From Patescibacteria group bacterium (GTDB taxonomy: Bacteria; Patescibacteriota; Minisyncoccia; Phycocordibacterales; UBA5272), in assembly GCA_030916895.1 (NCBI GenBank), contig JAUPVR010000003.1, positions 1-54,442 of the forward strand: a stretch of DNA of 54,442 nucleotides. Direction: 5' to 3'. The position numbers and the translations under genes were made by a program. Under the pieces are notes generated by a model, which saw only the letters and a program-made list of their open reading frames with translations, did no database searches and was not told the origin of the DNA. This document shows, piece after piece, positions 39,734 through 48,413 of this stretch (positions are counted from its first letter, which is position 1; the number at the start of each line of letters is the position of its first letter).

Positions 39734-40183
39734 ATGAAAAAACTATTTCGTAGCCAGAAAGGATTCACCCTTATTGAAATCCTCCTCGTGGTTGCAGCTA
39801 TCGCTATTTTGGCCGGCATCGTGATTGTGGCTATTAACCCAGGTAAACAGCTTGGTGATACTCGTAATGCACAACGCCGATCAGACGTTACAACGATTCT
39901 TAATGCAGCATACCAATACTCAATTGATAACAACGGAGTATTACCTGCAGGGGTGACTGCGTCATCAACAGAAATCTGTGCGCAGGGTGCCGCAGACTGT
40001 ACAGGAGTTATCGACCTATCAGTACTTGCTCTTAACGGTAAGTACCTTGTTGGTATTCCACAAGATCCACAAAAGGTTACTGTGAATGGTACCGGATACT
40101 TTATCTTTAGAGATGCTAATGGACGTCTCACGGTTACAGCTCCACTTGCTGAACAAGCTGCTGTAATTTCTGTAACAAGATAG
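39734..40183 (+). CDS. Type IV pilin, probably the major subunit
   Basis: Canonical QKG-FTLIEILLVVAAIAILAGIV signal and RNAQRRSDV. It has its own upstream TGGTATACT and a longer 5' UTR. Confidence 0.9.
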   Translation: MKKLFRSQKGFTLIEILLVVAAIAILAGIVIVAINPGKQLGDTRNAQRRSDVTTILNAAYQYSIDNNGVLPAGVTASSTEICAQGAADCTGVIDLSVLALNGKYLVGIPQDPQKVTVNGTGYFIFRDANGRLTVTAPLAEQAAVISVTR

Positions 40184-40190
40184 TGAGTGT

Positions 40191-41012
40191 GTGGTTATGT
40201 CTTTAGGATTAGTTGGTCATCACAAAGACAGTGGTGTGAAAAATGATGAGAAATCTAGTGATGCATTGTTATCGCTTACCGCTCATGAATTAAGAACATC
40301 TCTCTCTGTTGTTAAGTGGTACACAGAAATGCTATTAGATGGCGACTGTGGGACACTACAAGATGACCAAATCAAATACTTAAAGACCATACAATCAAGT
40401 AATCAGAAAGCAATTGATCTTATACGGTCAATACTAAATGTATCCAGGTTAGACCTGGGTACTTTTAGTGTTACACCAGAAGAAATAGAGCTTTCAGCTG
40501 TTCTCAAAGGCGTACTTTCTGAGATGAAGGACGTCATAGAGGAAAAAGGTTTGTCTATAGAGGAGTCGTATGAACATAACACGTCAGAACCGATTTCGCT
40601 TGATAAGCAGATGTGTCTTGTTATCTTTAGAAACCTCATTTCTAATGCGCTCCTTTTTTCTAAAGAAAAAGGAACAGTGCGCATCTCTGTTAAAGAGGTG
40701 AAGCAAGGTGAAGAATGTGGTACCAAGGTATTACATAACGATAGTCTCGTTGTTGTGATTGCCGATGATGGTATCGGTATTCCAGAAGCTGATAAACAGC
40801 ATGTATTTTCCAAGTCTTTCTATCGGGGTTCTAATGTTACCGATGAAAATAGCAAAGGTGCTGGTCTTGGGTTATATATAACTAAACTAATCTTAGAAAA
40901 AACAGAAGGAGATATTTGGTTTACGTCAACAAAAGACGTAGGTTCCACTTTTTACGTAGCATTTCCAAAATCTGGTATGCAAACAAAAGAAGGAAAAACT
41001 AAGCTTGATTAG
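40191..41012 (+). CDS. Histidine kinase without a sensor domain (HisKA + HATPase_c)
   Basis: AHELRTS H-box, NLISNA, DDGIGI and GAGLGL. No TM segment. Start uncertain. Confidence 0.85.
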   Translation: MVMSLGLVGHHKDSGVKNDEKSSDALLSLTAHELRTSLSVVKWYTEMLLDGDCGTLQDDQIKYLKTIQSSNQKAIDLIRSILNVSRLDLGTFSVTPEEIELSAVLKGVLSEMKDVIEEKGLSIEESYEHNTSEPISLDKQMCLVIFRNLISNALLFSKEKGTVRISVKEVKQGEECGTKVLHNDSLVVVIADDGIGIPEADKQHVFSKSFYRGSNVTDENSKGAGLGLYITKLILEKTEGDIWFTSTKDVGSTFYVAFPKSGMQTKEGKTKLD

Positions 41013-41016
41013 CAAA

Positions 41017-41057
41017 ATATAAGAAAACAACCCCTCCGAGGGGTTGTTTTCTTATAT
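41017..41057. terminator. Bidirectional intrinsic terminator
   Basis: Perfect 19-bp inverted repeat ATATAAGAAAACAACCCCT-CCG-AGGGGTTGTTTTCTTATAT between convergent genes. Confidence 0.85.
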
Positions 41058-42569
41058 CCCTTTCAGTACTTTTATTTTTGCTCCCAGTTTATTCAACCTC
41101 TCGGCGATGTCTGCATATCCGCGTTTTATGGAGTACACATTGCGTAAAAGTGAGGTGCCTTCAGCGCCTAACATGGCAATCAAAATAATTGCCGTAGGAC
41201 GAAGTGCTGGGGGTGAGACAATTTGAGCCCCACGGAGGCGTTTTACGCCTGTGACGAGGGCTCGGTGTGGGTCTAAGAGTTTTATGTCAGCCCCAAGGCG
41301 ATTTAATTCCGTAAAGTAAATGGCACGGTTTTCCCAGGTCCAGTCATGAATAAGTGTTTGACCCTCTGCGAACGTACAAATTGGTACAAAGAAGGGGAGG
41401 TTGTCATTATTTATCCCTGGAAACGGTTGCGTATGAATTTTGTCGTGAGGGGCAAAAAGTTGTGAAGGGGAGACGGCGATGTCTACAAGTTTTGTTCTTC
41501 CGTTGTGTGAGAAGTATTGTTTAGAGAGTTTAAATACAAGCCCCATACGTTTTAATTTCTCAAGTTCAAGTTCTAAAAATTCAATCGGACATCGTGTGAT
41601 GGTTAACTTACTTTTCGTAACGATCGCGGCGGAAATGAAAAACATACTTTCAATTGGGTCTTCACTATTATGATGCTCAACACGCAGATTAATATCTTTC
41701 TTACCGTGCACGACAAGTGTAGAAGAACCAATACCGTCAATTTTCACCCCCATTTTTTCAAGTAAGAAACAGACATCTTGCACTTGATAGTTAGGGGGGG
41801 CAAATTTGATAGTGGTAATACCAGGAATACGAGAAGCGGCGATGAGCGCGGTAATGGCGCCCGTGTCGGAAGATTCATAAAGCGGAATAGTACCAGCGTG
41901 AAGACCTTTATGAGTTATGTCATAGTAGTTTTCTTTGGTATGTGTGGTGACACCTAAATACTCAAGCGCGTACTTGTGTGCAGCAACAGTTCGTTCGCCC
42001 ATTTTACACCCACCTGAATGTGGAAAGGTGAAGTGTTTGCTTTTATGAATGAATGCGCCAGCAAAGGTAAATGAGCGAATTTTCCCCGCAACATCGCGAT
42101 TAATTTTTCCAAGCGCAAATGTTTTTGGTGGAACGATTTCTAAACTGTTATCGTGTACCCATTTTACTTTTACACCAACGCTCTCAATCATTTCAATGTA
42201 GCGGTATACCTCTTCGATGTGGGGGATGCCATGCAGGATGGTTACGCCATCGTTTACAAGAGAGGCGACAATCATATTAATCGCACCATTTTTTGATGTG
42301 TTTGTCTCAGCGATACCTTTTAACTTATGACCACCTTCAATTTGGAAGTCGAGTGTATCATTAAGGGAAAGAATTGGACGACCTAAGACCTCTGAAAGCT
42401 TGGCAATCTGTTCGATGGTGACATTCTGTTTTCCGCTCTCGATACGTGCAATGACGCTCTGAGTTGTCTTTAATGCTTTGGCAAATGATTCTTGCGTAAG
42501 CGAATGTTCTTCGCGTAATTTTTTAATAAAGTTACCTATCTTCATCGCTTCAGACGCCTTTTTTGTCAT
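41052..42569 (-). CDS. murA: UDP-N-acetylglucosamine 1-carboxyvinyltransferase with an N-terminal XRE helix-turn-helix
   Basis: aa ~8-65 form an XRE HTH (LTQESFAKALKTTQSVIARIESG). The MurA core has SKNGA, GGCKMGER (catalytic Cys), FPGINND and VYSIKRGY. Confidence 0.92.
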   Translation of the reverse strand: MTKKASEAMKIGNFIKKLREEHSLTQESFAKALKTTQSVIARIESGKQNVTIEQIAKLSEVLGRPILSLNDTLDFQIEGGHKLKGIAETNTSKNGAINMIVASLVNDGVTILHGIPHIEEVYRYIEMIESVGVKVKWVHDNSLEIVPPKTFALGKINRDVAGKIRSFTFAGAFIHKSKHFTFPHSGGCKMGERTVAAHKYALEYLGVTTHTKENYYDITHKGLHAGTIPLYESSDTGAITALIAASRIPGITTIKFAPPNYQVQDVCFLLEKMGVKIDGIGSSTLVVHGKKDINLRVEHHNSEDPIESMFFISAAIVTKSKLTITRCPIEFLELELEKLKRMGLVFKLSKQYFSHNGRTKLVDIAVSPSQLFAPHDKIHTQPFPGINNDNLPFFVPICTFAEGQTLIHDWTWENRAIYFTELNRLGADIKLLDPHRALVTGVKRLRGAQIVSPPALRPTAIILIAMLGAEGTSLLRNVYSIKRGYADIAERLNKLGAKIKVLKGI

Positions 42570-42577
42570 GTGGAAAG

Positions 42578-42595
42578 TATAGCATATATGCTATA
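42578..42595. promoter_or_regulatory. Perfect 18-bp palindrome overlapping the murA extended -10 (candidate operator)
   Basis: TATAGCATATATGCTATA is its own reverse complement. It overlaps TGCTATACT (minus strand, 42584-42576), which lies 6 nt from the ATG. Confidence 0.7.
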
Positions 42596-42597
42596 TC

Positions 42598-43866
42598 TTA
42601 AAACAAGAAGACAAAAAAAGTCATAGAAAGCAAGGCCATAATACCAGTAATGGTCCAACCAAGAATATTTGAAAGCAAACTATTTGTTCGTTCACCTAAG
42701 ATTTTTTTGTTATTGCCGATAAGAAGAATGAGTGCCATAAGCGGAGGTGCGAGGATGCCATTTAATGCCGCCGCGTAGTAGAGCATGGTGATTGGATTAA
42801 TTGGCAAGAAATTAATGAGTACGCCAATAAGTGTTGCAACAATGATGACAAGATAAAATGCAGGGGCTTCGTGAAAGGTTCTTCCAAGCCCTGCTTTCCA
42901 CCCAAATGCTTCTGAGAGTGCGTATGCGGCAGAGCCAGCAAGAACGGGAACCGCCAAAAGTCCCGTTCCTAAAATACCGAGTGTAAAAAGTAAGAATGCA
43001 CCATCTCCTGCAAATGGGCGCAAGCTTTCAGCGACTTGGGCAGCGCTTGTAATTTCTGTAATTCCGTTGACGCCAAGCGTGCTTGCTGTGGTGATGATAA
43101 TAAAGAAGGCTACGATATTTGAAAGGAGCATGCCCATCACGGTATCTTTTTGCATTTGCGATACATCTTTGTAGGTTATTTTCGGTACGCCTTTACCCAT
43201 CGCACGCATGTTGCCATTAACAACTTCTTCTTCTACTTCTTCACTTGCTTGCCAGAAGAAAAGGTAAGGGGATATGGTTGTACCAAGTACTGCGGTGATG
43301 TTAAGGATGGTGCTCTCATTCCATGCAATATGTGGAATGAGCACAGACATTATAATCGCATACCAATTTTGTTCGACCGCGAATGCGGCAAAAATGTACG
43401 CAAACACACTGAGTGCTAAATATTTAAGGAATTTTACATAGGTACGATAGGGGACGGTAATTTCCACAAGAACGGTAATGATGGTAAGTACTGCAACAAG
43501 AACACCAAAAGGTACTGGTACGATAAGCTCAACGGCGGATGCCATTGCACCCAAGTCTGCACCAATGTTGATGATATTTGCAAACGCCAAAATAATCACC
43601 GCAATGTAGAGAATGTATTTTGGGTAATGTGTTTTAATGACGCCCGCTAATCCCTTACCAGTAACAATACCAATACGTCCGCACATTTCCTGAATGACAA
43701 TCATGAATGGAAGTGAAAGAACGGTAAGCCACAACTGTGAGAGACCAAACATGGCACCTGTTTGTGCGTAGGTGATGATTCCGGATGGGTCATCATCGGC
43801 AACACCAGTAATCACTCCTGGTCCGATAGATTTTGTTATACGCCTAAAAAAAGGCAGTTTTGTCAT
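42598..43866 (-). CDS. NRAMP-family divalent metal transporter
   Basis: GPGVITGVADDDPSGI, IQEMCGRIG and LGTTISPYLFFWQ. The start is at 43866 and the longer ORF extension is spurious. Confidence 0.9.
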   Translation of the reverse strand: MTKLPFFRRITKSIGPGVITGVADDDPSGIITYAQTGAMFGLSQLWLTVLSLPFMIVIQEMCGRIGIVTGKGLAGVIKTHYPKYILYIAVIILAFANIINIGADLGAMASAVELIVPVPFGVLVAVLTIITVLVEITVPYRTYVKFLKYLALSVFAYIFAAFAVEQNWYAIIMSVLIPHIAWNESTILNITAVLGTTISPYLFFWQASEEVEEEVVNGNMRAMGKGVPKITYKDVSQMQKDTVMGMLLSNIVAFFIIITTASTLGVNGITEITSAAQVAESLRPFAGDGAFLLFTLGILGTGLLAVPVLAGSAAYALSEAFGWKAGLGRTFHEAPAFYLVIIVATLIGVLINFLPINPITMLYYAAALNGILAPPLMALILLIGNNKKILGERTNSLLSNILGWTITGIMALLSMTFFVFLF

Positions 43867-43917
43867 GTTTTGTATAGTATAGACCAAAAAAGATATTTGT
43901 GGCGTATACTTATGTGT

Positions 43918-44277
43918 ATGAAGATGACGCCATTTCTTATGTACGTCCTTTACGATGTGTTCGAGGAGTCGCTTCGCGTTGAGGCGAAAGCAATGATGGG
44001 TGGGTACGTGCTTTATAGTGATGGAAAAGTATTTGCGATTGTTGATGGAGATATTTTGTGGTTGAAAGGTTCTGAAGAATTGAGGGAATGGTACGAATCG
44101 CGTGGTGGACAACAGTTCTCGTATATGAAACTAGCACCTGACGGAGGCGAAAGAAAAGTTCAGAAAATGCACTTCTATTCAGTGCCTGAAGAAGTATTGG
44201 AAGATAGGGAACAGGTAAGAGAATGGATTGATACGGCAATCTCTGTTGCAACACCACCAAAGAAAGTGAAAGAGTAG
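43918..44277 (+). CDS. TfoX/Sxy N-terminal domain protein
   Basis: KAMMGGYVLYSDGKVFAIVDGDILWLK and a FYSVPEEVLED tail. TATACT lies 7 nt upstream of the ATG at 43918. Confidence 0.82.
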   Translation: MKMTPFLMYVLYDVFEESLRVEAKAMMGGYVLYSDGKVFAIVDGDILWLKGSEELREWYESRGGQQFSYMKLAPDGGERKVQKMHFYSVPEEVLEDREQVREWIDTAISVATPPKKVKE

Positions 44278-44298
44278 TTTGTGCTGAGTATTGGTGCG

Positions 44299-46047
44299 TT
44301 AACTAATCACTTGATGCTCAATAAGTGTTTTGTATTGCAAAGAATTTTGCATAAGTTCATCGTGTGTTCCTTCGGCTATCATTTTTCCTTTATCCATCAC
44401 AATAATTTTATCAGCATTAACAATCGTTGAAAGTCGGTGTGCAATAATGATGGTCGTTTTCCCCTTTGATACTTCGTTGATTGCTTCCATAACATATTTT
44501 TCATTTTCAGTATCAAGGGATGATGTGGCTTCATCAAAGATAAGAATGTCCGGGTCTTTGATCATTGCTCGCGCAATACCGATGCGTTGACGTTCACCGC
44601 CGGAGAGCTTGATACCTCGCTCACCAACTACTGTGTCAAATCGTTTTTCACCGAGACGATGATAAAACTCTGTGATGCGTGTTTTCTTTGCTATCTCCTC
44701 TAGTTGTTCCTCTGCTTCCTTTCTTTTGTTTTCGGGGACGCCAATAATAATATTTTCTTTAATGCTGTCATCAAACAAATCAACATGTTGCTCTACGTAT
44801 CCCATCCGTTCACGAATTGCTCCTGCATTAATTGATTTTAGTTCATCATTCCCCACAATGATTGAACCAGATGGGTAGTCATAAGCGCGTAGGAGTAATT
44901 TCACGATAGTACTTTTTCCACTTCCAGAAGAACCCACAAACGCAGTTGTTTTCCCCTCGGGGATGGTAAAGGAAATATCTTCAAAAACAGGGTGGTTTCC
45001 TTTTGGGTATGAAAATGTTACATGAGAAAAAATAATATCACCAGAGAGTTTTTCAACGTGCTTCCCTCCTTCATTGAAGAGGGGTTCCATATCAATGACG
45101 TTTAAATATTTTTCTGCATCGGCATACATTTGGGGAATTTCACGCATCGTATTCGAGAGCTGTCCCATTTGATAATAAACTCTGTTTGACAGGTTCCAAA
45201 TAAGGTAAATCGTACCAAGTTCAAATGCCCCCGCGAAAAAAAGATAGGTTGTCAAACCGAGCGTTGTAAATGAAGAAATATCCTGAAAAGTGAGCAACGC
45301 GACACTGTTTTTGATAGAGCGCATGCGGGTAAGGATATGGTGTGCGACGATAGACCGGCGAGCTTCAAGAAAACTCTTAACAAAGTATTCGCTTCGGTTT
45401 AAAAACTTAACTAAACTTAAATGAGTGAAAGCCTCCGTCCTTCTTTTTTGTTGTTGGTTCCAGTTGTCTCGATTTTTTGTTACATACGGGTAGTGGCCAA
45501 CGTTAAAAATATAATTCCAAGCAAAAATGATAACCATAAAGACAATACTTAAAAGCGCAATCGATGTATCCTGAAAGAAAAGCATGACAATTGTCATGAT
45601 AATGAGAACAATAATCGGGATAACCTCGTTTAGTATTCTTATGAGGATATTATTGGTAGCATTTTCACCTTGCGCGATAACGGTTAGTTTGATGGCTGAG
45701 TGCTCTTCTATGTGTTGTTCAACGGTAAGCGAAAGGAGACGTTTCAGTGAAAATTCTTGAAGGTATTGATATACATTTTGGTCCAGGTGTTTTTCTCTGT
45801 TTGACCTTGAAACATATTCCAAAACAAATGAGTCGAAAATTGAAAGTACAACCCAAATTACAAAAAATAAAGTAACCGCCTGCACATCTTTATGTGAAAG
45901 ACTTGTGATGAGGCTACTGTTTATGTATGCGTGGCCAACAATAACAAGCTGAGCAACAAAAATAAGAAACAACTGAAAATAGAAGCGCCCATGGAATGGC
46001 GACAAGATAGTCCACAATCGATAGATGGTAGAGAAATATTTTTTCAT
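44299..46047 (-). CDS. ABC exporter (fused TMD + NBD)
   Basis: Walker A GSSGSGKST, signature LSGGERQR, Walker B ILIFDEATS and the IAHRLST H-loop. Confidence 0.95.
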   Translation of the reverse strand: MKKYFSTIYRLWTILSPFHGRFYFQLFLIFVAQLVIVGHAYINSSLITSLSHKDVQAVTLFFVIWVVLSIFDSFVLEYVSRSNREKHLDQNVYQYLQEFSLKRLLSLTVEQHIEEHSAIKLTVIAQGENATNNILIRILNEVIPIIVLIIMTIVMLFFQDTSIALLSIVFMVIIFAWNYIFNVGHYPYVTKNRDNWNQQQKRRTEAFTHLSLVKFLNRSEYFVKSFLEARRSIVAHHILTRMRSIKNSVALLTFQDISSFTTLGLTTYLFFAGAFELGTIYLIWNLSNRVYYQMGQLSNTMREIPQMYADAEKYLNVIDMEPLFNEGGKHVEKLSGDIIFSHVTFSYPKGNHPVFEDISFTIPEGKTTAFVGSSGSGKSTIVKLLLRAYDYPSGSIIVGNDELKSINAGAIRERMGYVEQHVDLFDDSIKENIIIGVPENKRKEAEEQLEEIAKKTRITEFYHRLGEKRFDTVVGERGIKLSGGERQRIGIARAMIKDPDILIFDEATSSLDTENEKYVMEAINEVSKGKTTIIIAHRLSTIVNADKIIVMDKGKMIAEGTHDELMQNSLQYKTLIEHQVIS

Positions 46048-46074
46048 TATTGTACGTTTCTTAAGTACGAGCAG

Positions 46075-47001
46075 TTACGCGTGGAGGTGAAGATAAATGT
46101 CTTCTAGTGCGCGAACAGCATCGCCTGCTGCGATATTGTTCTGATGATACAAGACATCAGTACAATCGCCCGCTGACCAAACACCTTTTACCGATGTTTC
46201 TTGGGTGCGAGGGTCAATGACGATATTTCCTATTTCAGTTCTTTTGACGATATCTTTTGCAAAATCCGTTGCAGGAATTTGTCCAATTTCAACAAAAACT
46301 CCAGCGACAGGAAGGGTTACTTCGCTATTTGAAACATTATCAGTGTAGGTAATTGATTCCACAAACTGCGAACCCTGAATGCTTTTTGGAATTGCGCCAA
46401 CAATTAATTTAAAATTTGGCTTTGCGAGAAGTTTGTTGACGGTAATCTCATCTGCGCGGGGCTCGCTTCGAGAAAGTAGTGTGACTGATTTACAATACGC
46501 TGTTAACTGTGCGGCAGATTCAAAACCAGCATTCCCACCACCCACAACAACAACATCCATTCCAGAGAAAAGCGGTCCATCGCACGATGCGCAGTAGGTG
46601 ATACCTTTATGTTCAAATTCTTGAGCACCTGGAATATCAAGTTTGCGTCGCGCAGAACCAGTTGCGATGAGTACCGTCTTTCCGTTTAGTGTTGCTCCGT
46701 CTTCTGTGGTTACTGAAAAGTTTCCGTCTTGGCCAGAAACGTGCGTGACAAGAGAGCCCTCTTTAATTTCCAAGATTTCTCCTTTATATTCAAGGACGTG
46801 TTTCTTGAGCGAGTCCGCTAAGTTCGCACCTGAGATGTGTGGGGTTCCAATCCAGTTTTGAATGTCGTCTGAAACAATAGATTGCCCACCCCACTCTTTC
46901 ACAATGAGAAGTGTTTTTAATTGTTTGCGTGCTGCATATATCGATGCTGCGGTTCCTGCCGGTCCGCCACCGATAATAATTAGATCAAAAGTTTTTTCCA
47001 T
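46075..47001 (-). CDS. Thioredoxin reductase / AhpF-C-terminal-like FAD oxidoreductase
   Basis: IIGGGPAG, redox CxxC (YCASCDG), VVGGGNAG and WSAGDCTD. Start at 47001. Confidence 0.9.
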   Translation of the reverse strand: MEKTFDLIIIGGGPAGTAASIYAARKQLKTLLIVKEWGGQSIVSDDIQNWIGTPHISGANLADSLKKHVLEYKGEILEIKEGSLVTHVSGQDGNFSVTTEDGATLNGKTVLIATGSARRKLDIPGAQEFEHKGITYCASCDGPLFSGMDVVVVGGGNAGFESAAQLTAYCKSVTLLSRSEPRADEITVNKLLAKPNFKLIVGAIPKSIQGSQFVESITYTDNVSNSEVTLPVAGVFVEIGQIPATDFAKDIVKRTEIGNIVIDPRTQETSVKGVWSAGDCTDVLYHQNNIAAGDAVRALEDIYLHLHA

Positions 47002-47015
47002 AAGATTTTCAGTAT

Positions 47016-47060
47016 AGCATAGTAAAAATACCGTGGGCATCACGGTATTTTTACTATGCT
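47016..47060. terminator. Hairpin terminator downstream of ftsZ
   Basis: Perfect 20-bp inverted repeat AGCATAGTAAAAATACCGTG-GGCAT-CACGGTATTTTTACTATGCT. Confidence 0.75.
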
Positions 47061-47061
47061 G

Positions 47062-48303
47062 TTATTTTTTCCTTCTTAAAAATGGTGGCAATGCTTCCCA
47101 GTCTTCATCGTCTTCTTCTTCGTCAAACTTAAAAAGTGGACGCTTTGGCGCACCTTTTTCTTTTTTGTCGTTTGAGGTTTCTTCTGGGGCAGAAATTTCG
47201 TGGTCAATACGCTTTTCAATTGCTTCGGCGACAGTTTCTTTTGATTCTTTCATGGCGCGAGTATTTTCTGCTTTTTCAACTTTTGTTTCCGTGCGTTCAG
47301 CATCACCAAATGTATCACGTGATCCAATACGAATGTTACTTGGGTTCCCACCAGGGAAACCGGTTGCAATCACGGTGACCTTTACCTCATCTTTTTTAAG
47401 TGTTGGGTCAGTTGCGATACCGAAAATAATTTTTGCGTCTTTATCAACTGATTCGGTGATAATTTTCGCAGCTTCTTGTACTTCAAGCATCCCTAAGTCT
47501 TCCGCACCATAAATTGCAAAGAGGACTCCTTTTGCTCCGTGGATTGAGACATCAAGCAAAGGGGAGTTAACTGCGGCAGATGCGGCCTCACGAGCGCGAT
47601 TTTCTCCCATACCACGCCCAACACCCATAAGGGCTGTGCCAGAATCTTTGAGAATTCTTTTGATATCTGCAAAGTCCAAGTTAATGCGCCCTGGGTGACG
47701 GATAATATCTGCAATGCCTTCAACGGCTTGTTTTAAGACCTCATCACACATTTCAAATGCTTGCTTAACGGTTGTATTTTTGTCGATAATAGAAAGGAGG
47801 CGGTCGTTTGGAATGACAATAAGAGCGTCAACTTCTTTTTCTAATTCTTCCAAACCTTGTTCCGCTATTTTCATGCGAGCGGAGCCTTCGAAGAAGAAAG
47901 GTTTTGATACCACGGCTACCGTAAGAATCCCTTCATTTTTTGCAATCGATGCAACAACAGGTGCTGCACCTGTTCCTGTTCCGCCACCCATACCACAGGC
48001 AATGAATGCCATGTCAGCACCTTTGATAACATCCTGTACTTCTTCTTTTGTTTCTTCAGCGGAGCGCTTGCCGATTTCTGGGTCCATGCCAGCACCAAGA
48101 CCTTTAGTCAAATTTTTTCCAATGTGGATTTTCTTTTCAGCGAGTGAATGATGTAAGTCTTGTGTGTCGGTGTTAATCGCGATGAATTCAACGCCTTGTA
48201 GCTTTGAATTAATCATATGGTTGAGCGCTCCTTTTCCTGAACCGCCAATGCCGATTACTTTGATGCGTGCGAAACTTTCAATTTCTGGGTGTACTTTTGC
48301 CAT
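47062..48303 (-). CDS. ftsZ: Cell division protein FtsZ
   Basis: GMGGGTGTGAAP tubulin signature, INLDFAD and the C-terminal peptide LPPFLRRKK. Confidence 0.98.
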   Translation of the reverse strand: MAKVHPEIESFARIKVIGIGGSGKGALNHMINSKLQGVEFIAINTDTQDLHHSLAEKKIHIGKNLTKGLGAGMDPEIGKRSAEETKEEVQDVIKGADMAFIACGMGGGTGTGAAPVVASIAKNEGILTVAVVSKPFFFEGSARMKIAEQGLEELEKEVDALIVIPNDRLLSIIDKNTTVKQAFEMCDEVLKQAVEGIADIIRHPGRINLDFADIKRILKDSGTALMGVGRGMGENRAREAASAAVNSPLLDVSIHGAKGVLFAIYGAEDLGMLEVQEAAKIITESVDKDAKIIFGIATDPTLKKDEVKVTVIATGFPGGNPSNIRIGSRDTFGDAERTETKVEKAENTRAMKESKETVAEAIEKRIDHEISAPEETSNDKKEKGAPKRPLFKFDEEEDDEDWEALPPFLRRKK

Positions 48304-48413
48304 AGCTATAATTTCTAATAATTCTTTCGGTGATTATCAATTAACTATACCAATTATGGATAGCTTTTGCAAAGAGACTTTTTTTGGTGTAAATTTTAAA
48401 AAAGGCTTGTTAA

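Noticed and set aside
43867-44112. Apparent ~350-nt antisense overlap between NRAMP (to 44112) and TfoX (from 43762)
   Set aside because: It is an artefact of longest-ORF calling. Homology-consistent starts at 43866 and 43918 leave a 51-nt divergent promoter gap.
43918-44277. TfoX as a master competence regulator of the pilus locus
   Set aside because: Only the short TfoX-N domain is present, which is widespread and not equivalent to full Sxy/TfoX. No CRP-S-type sites were evident.
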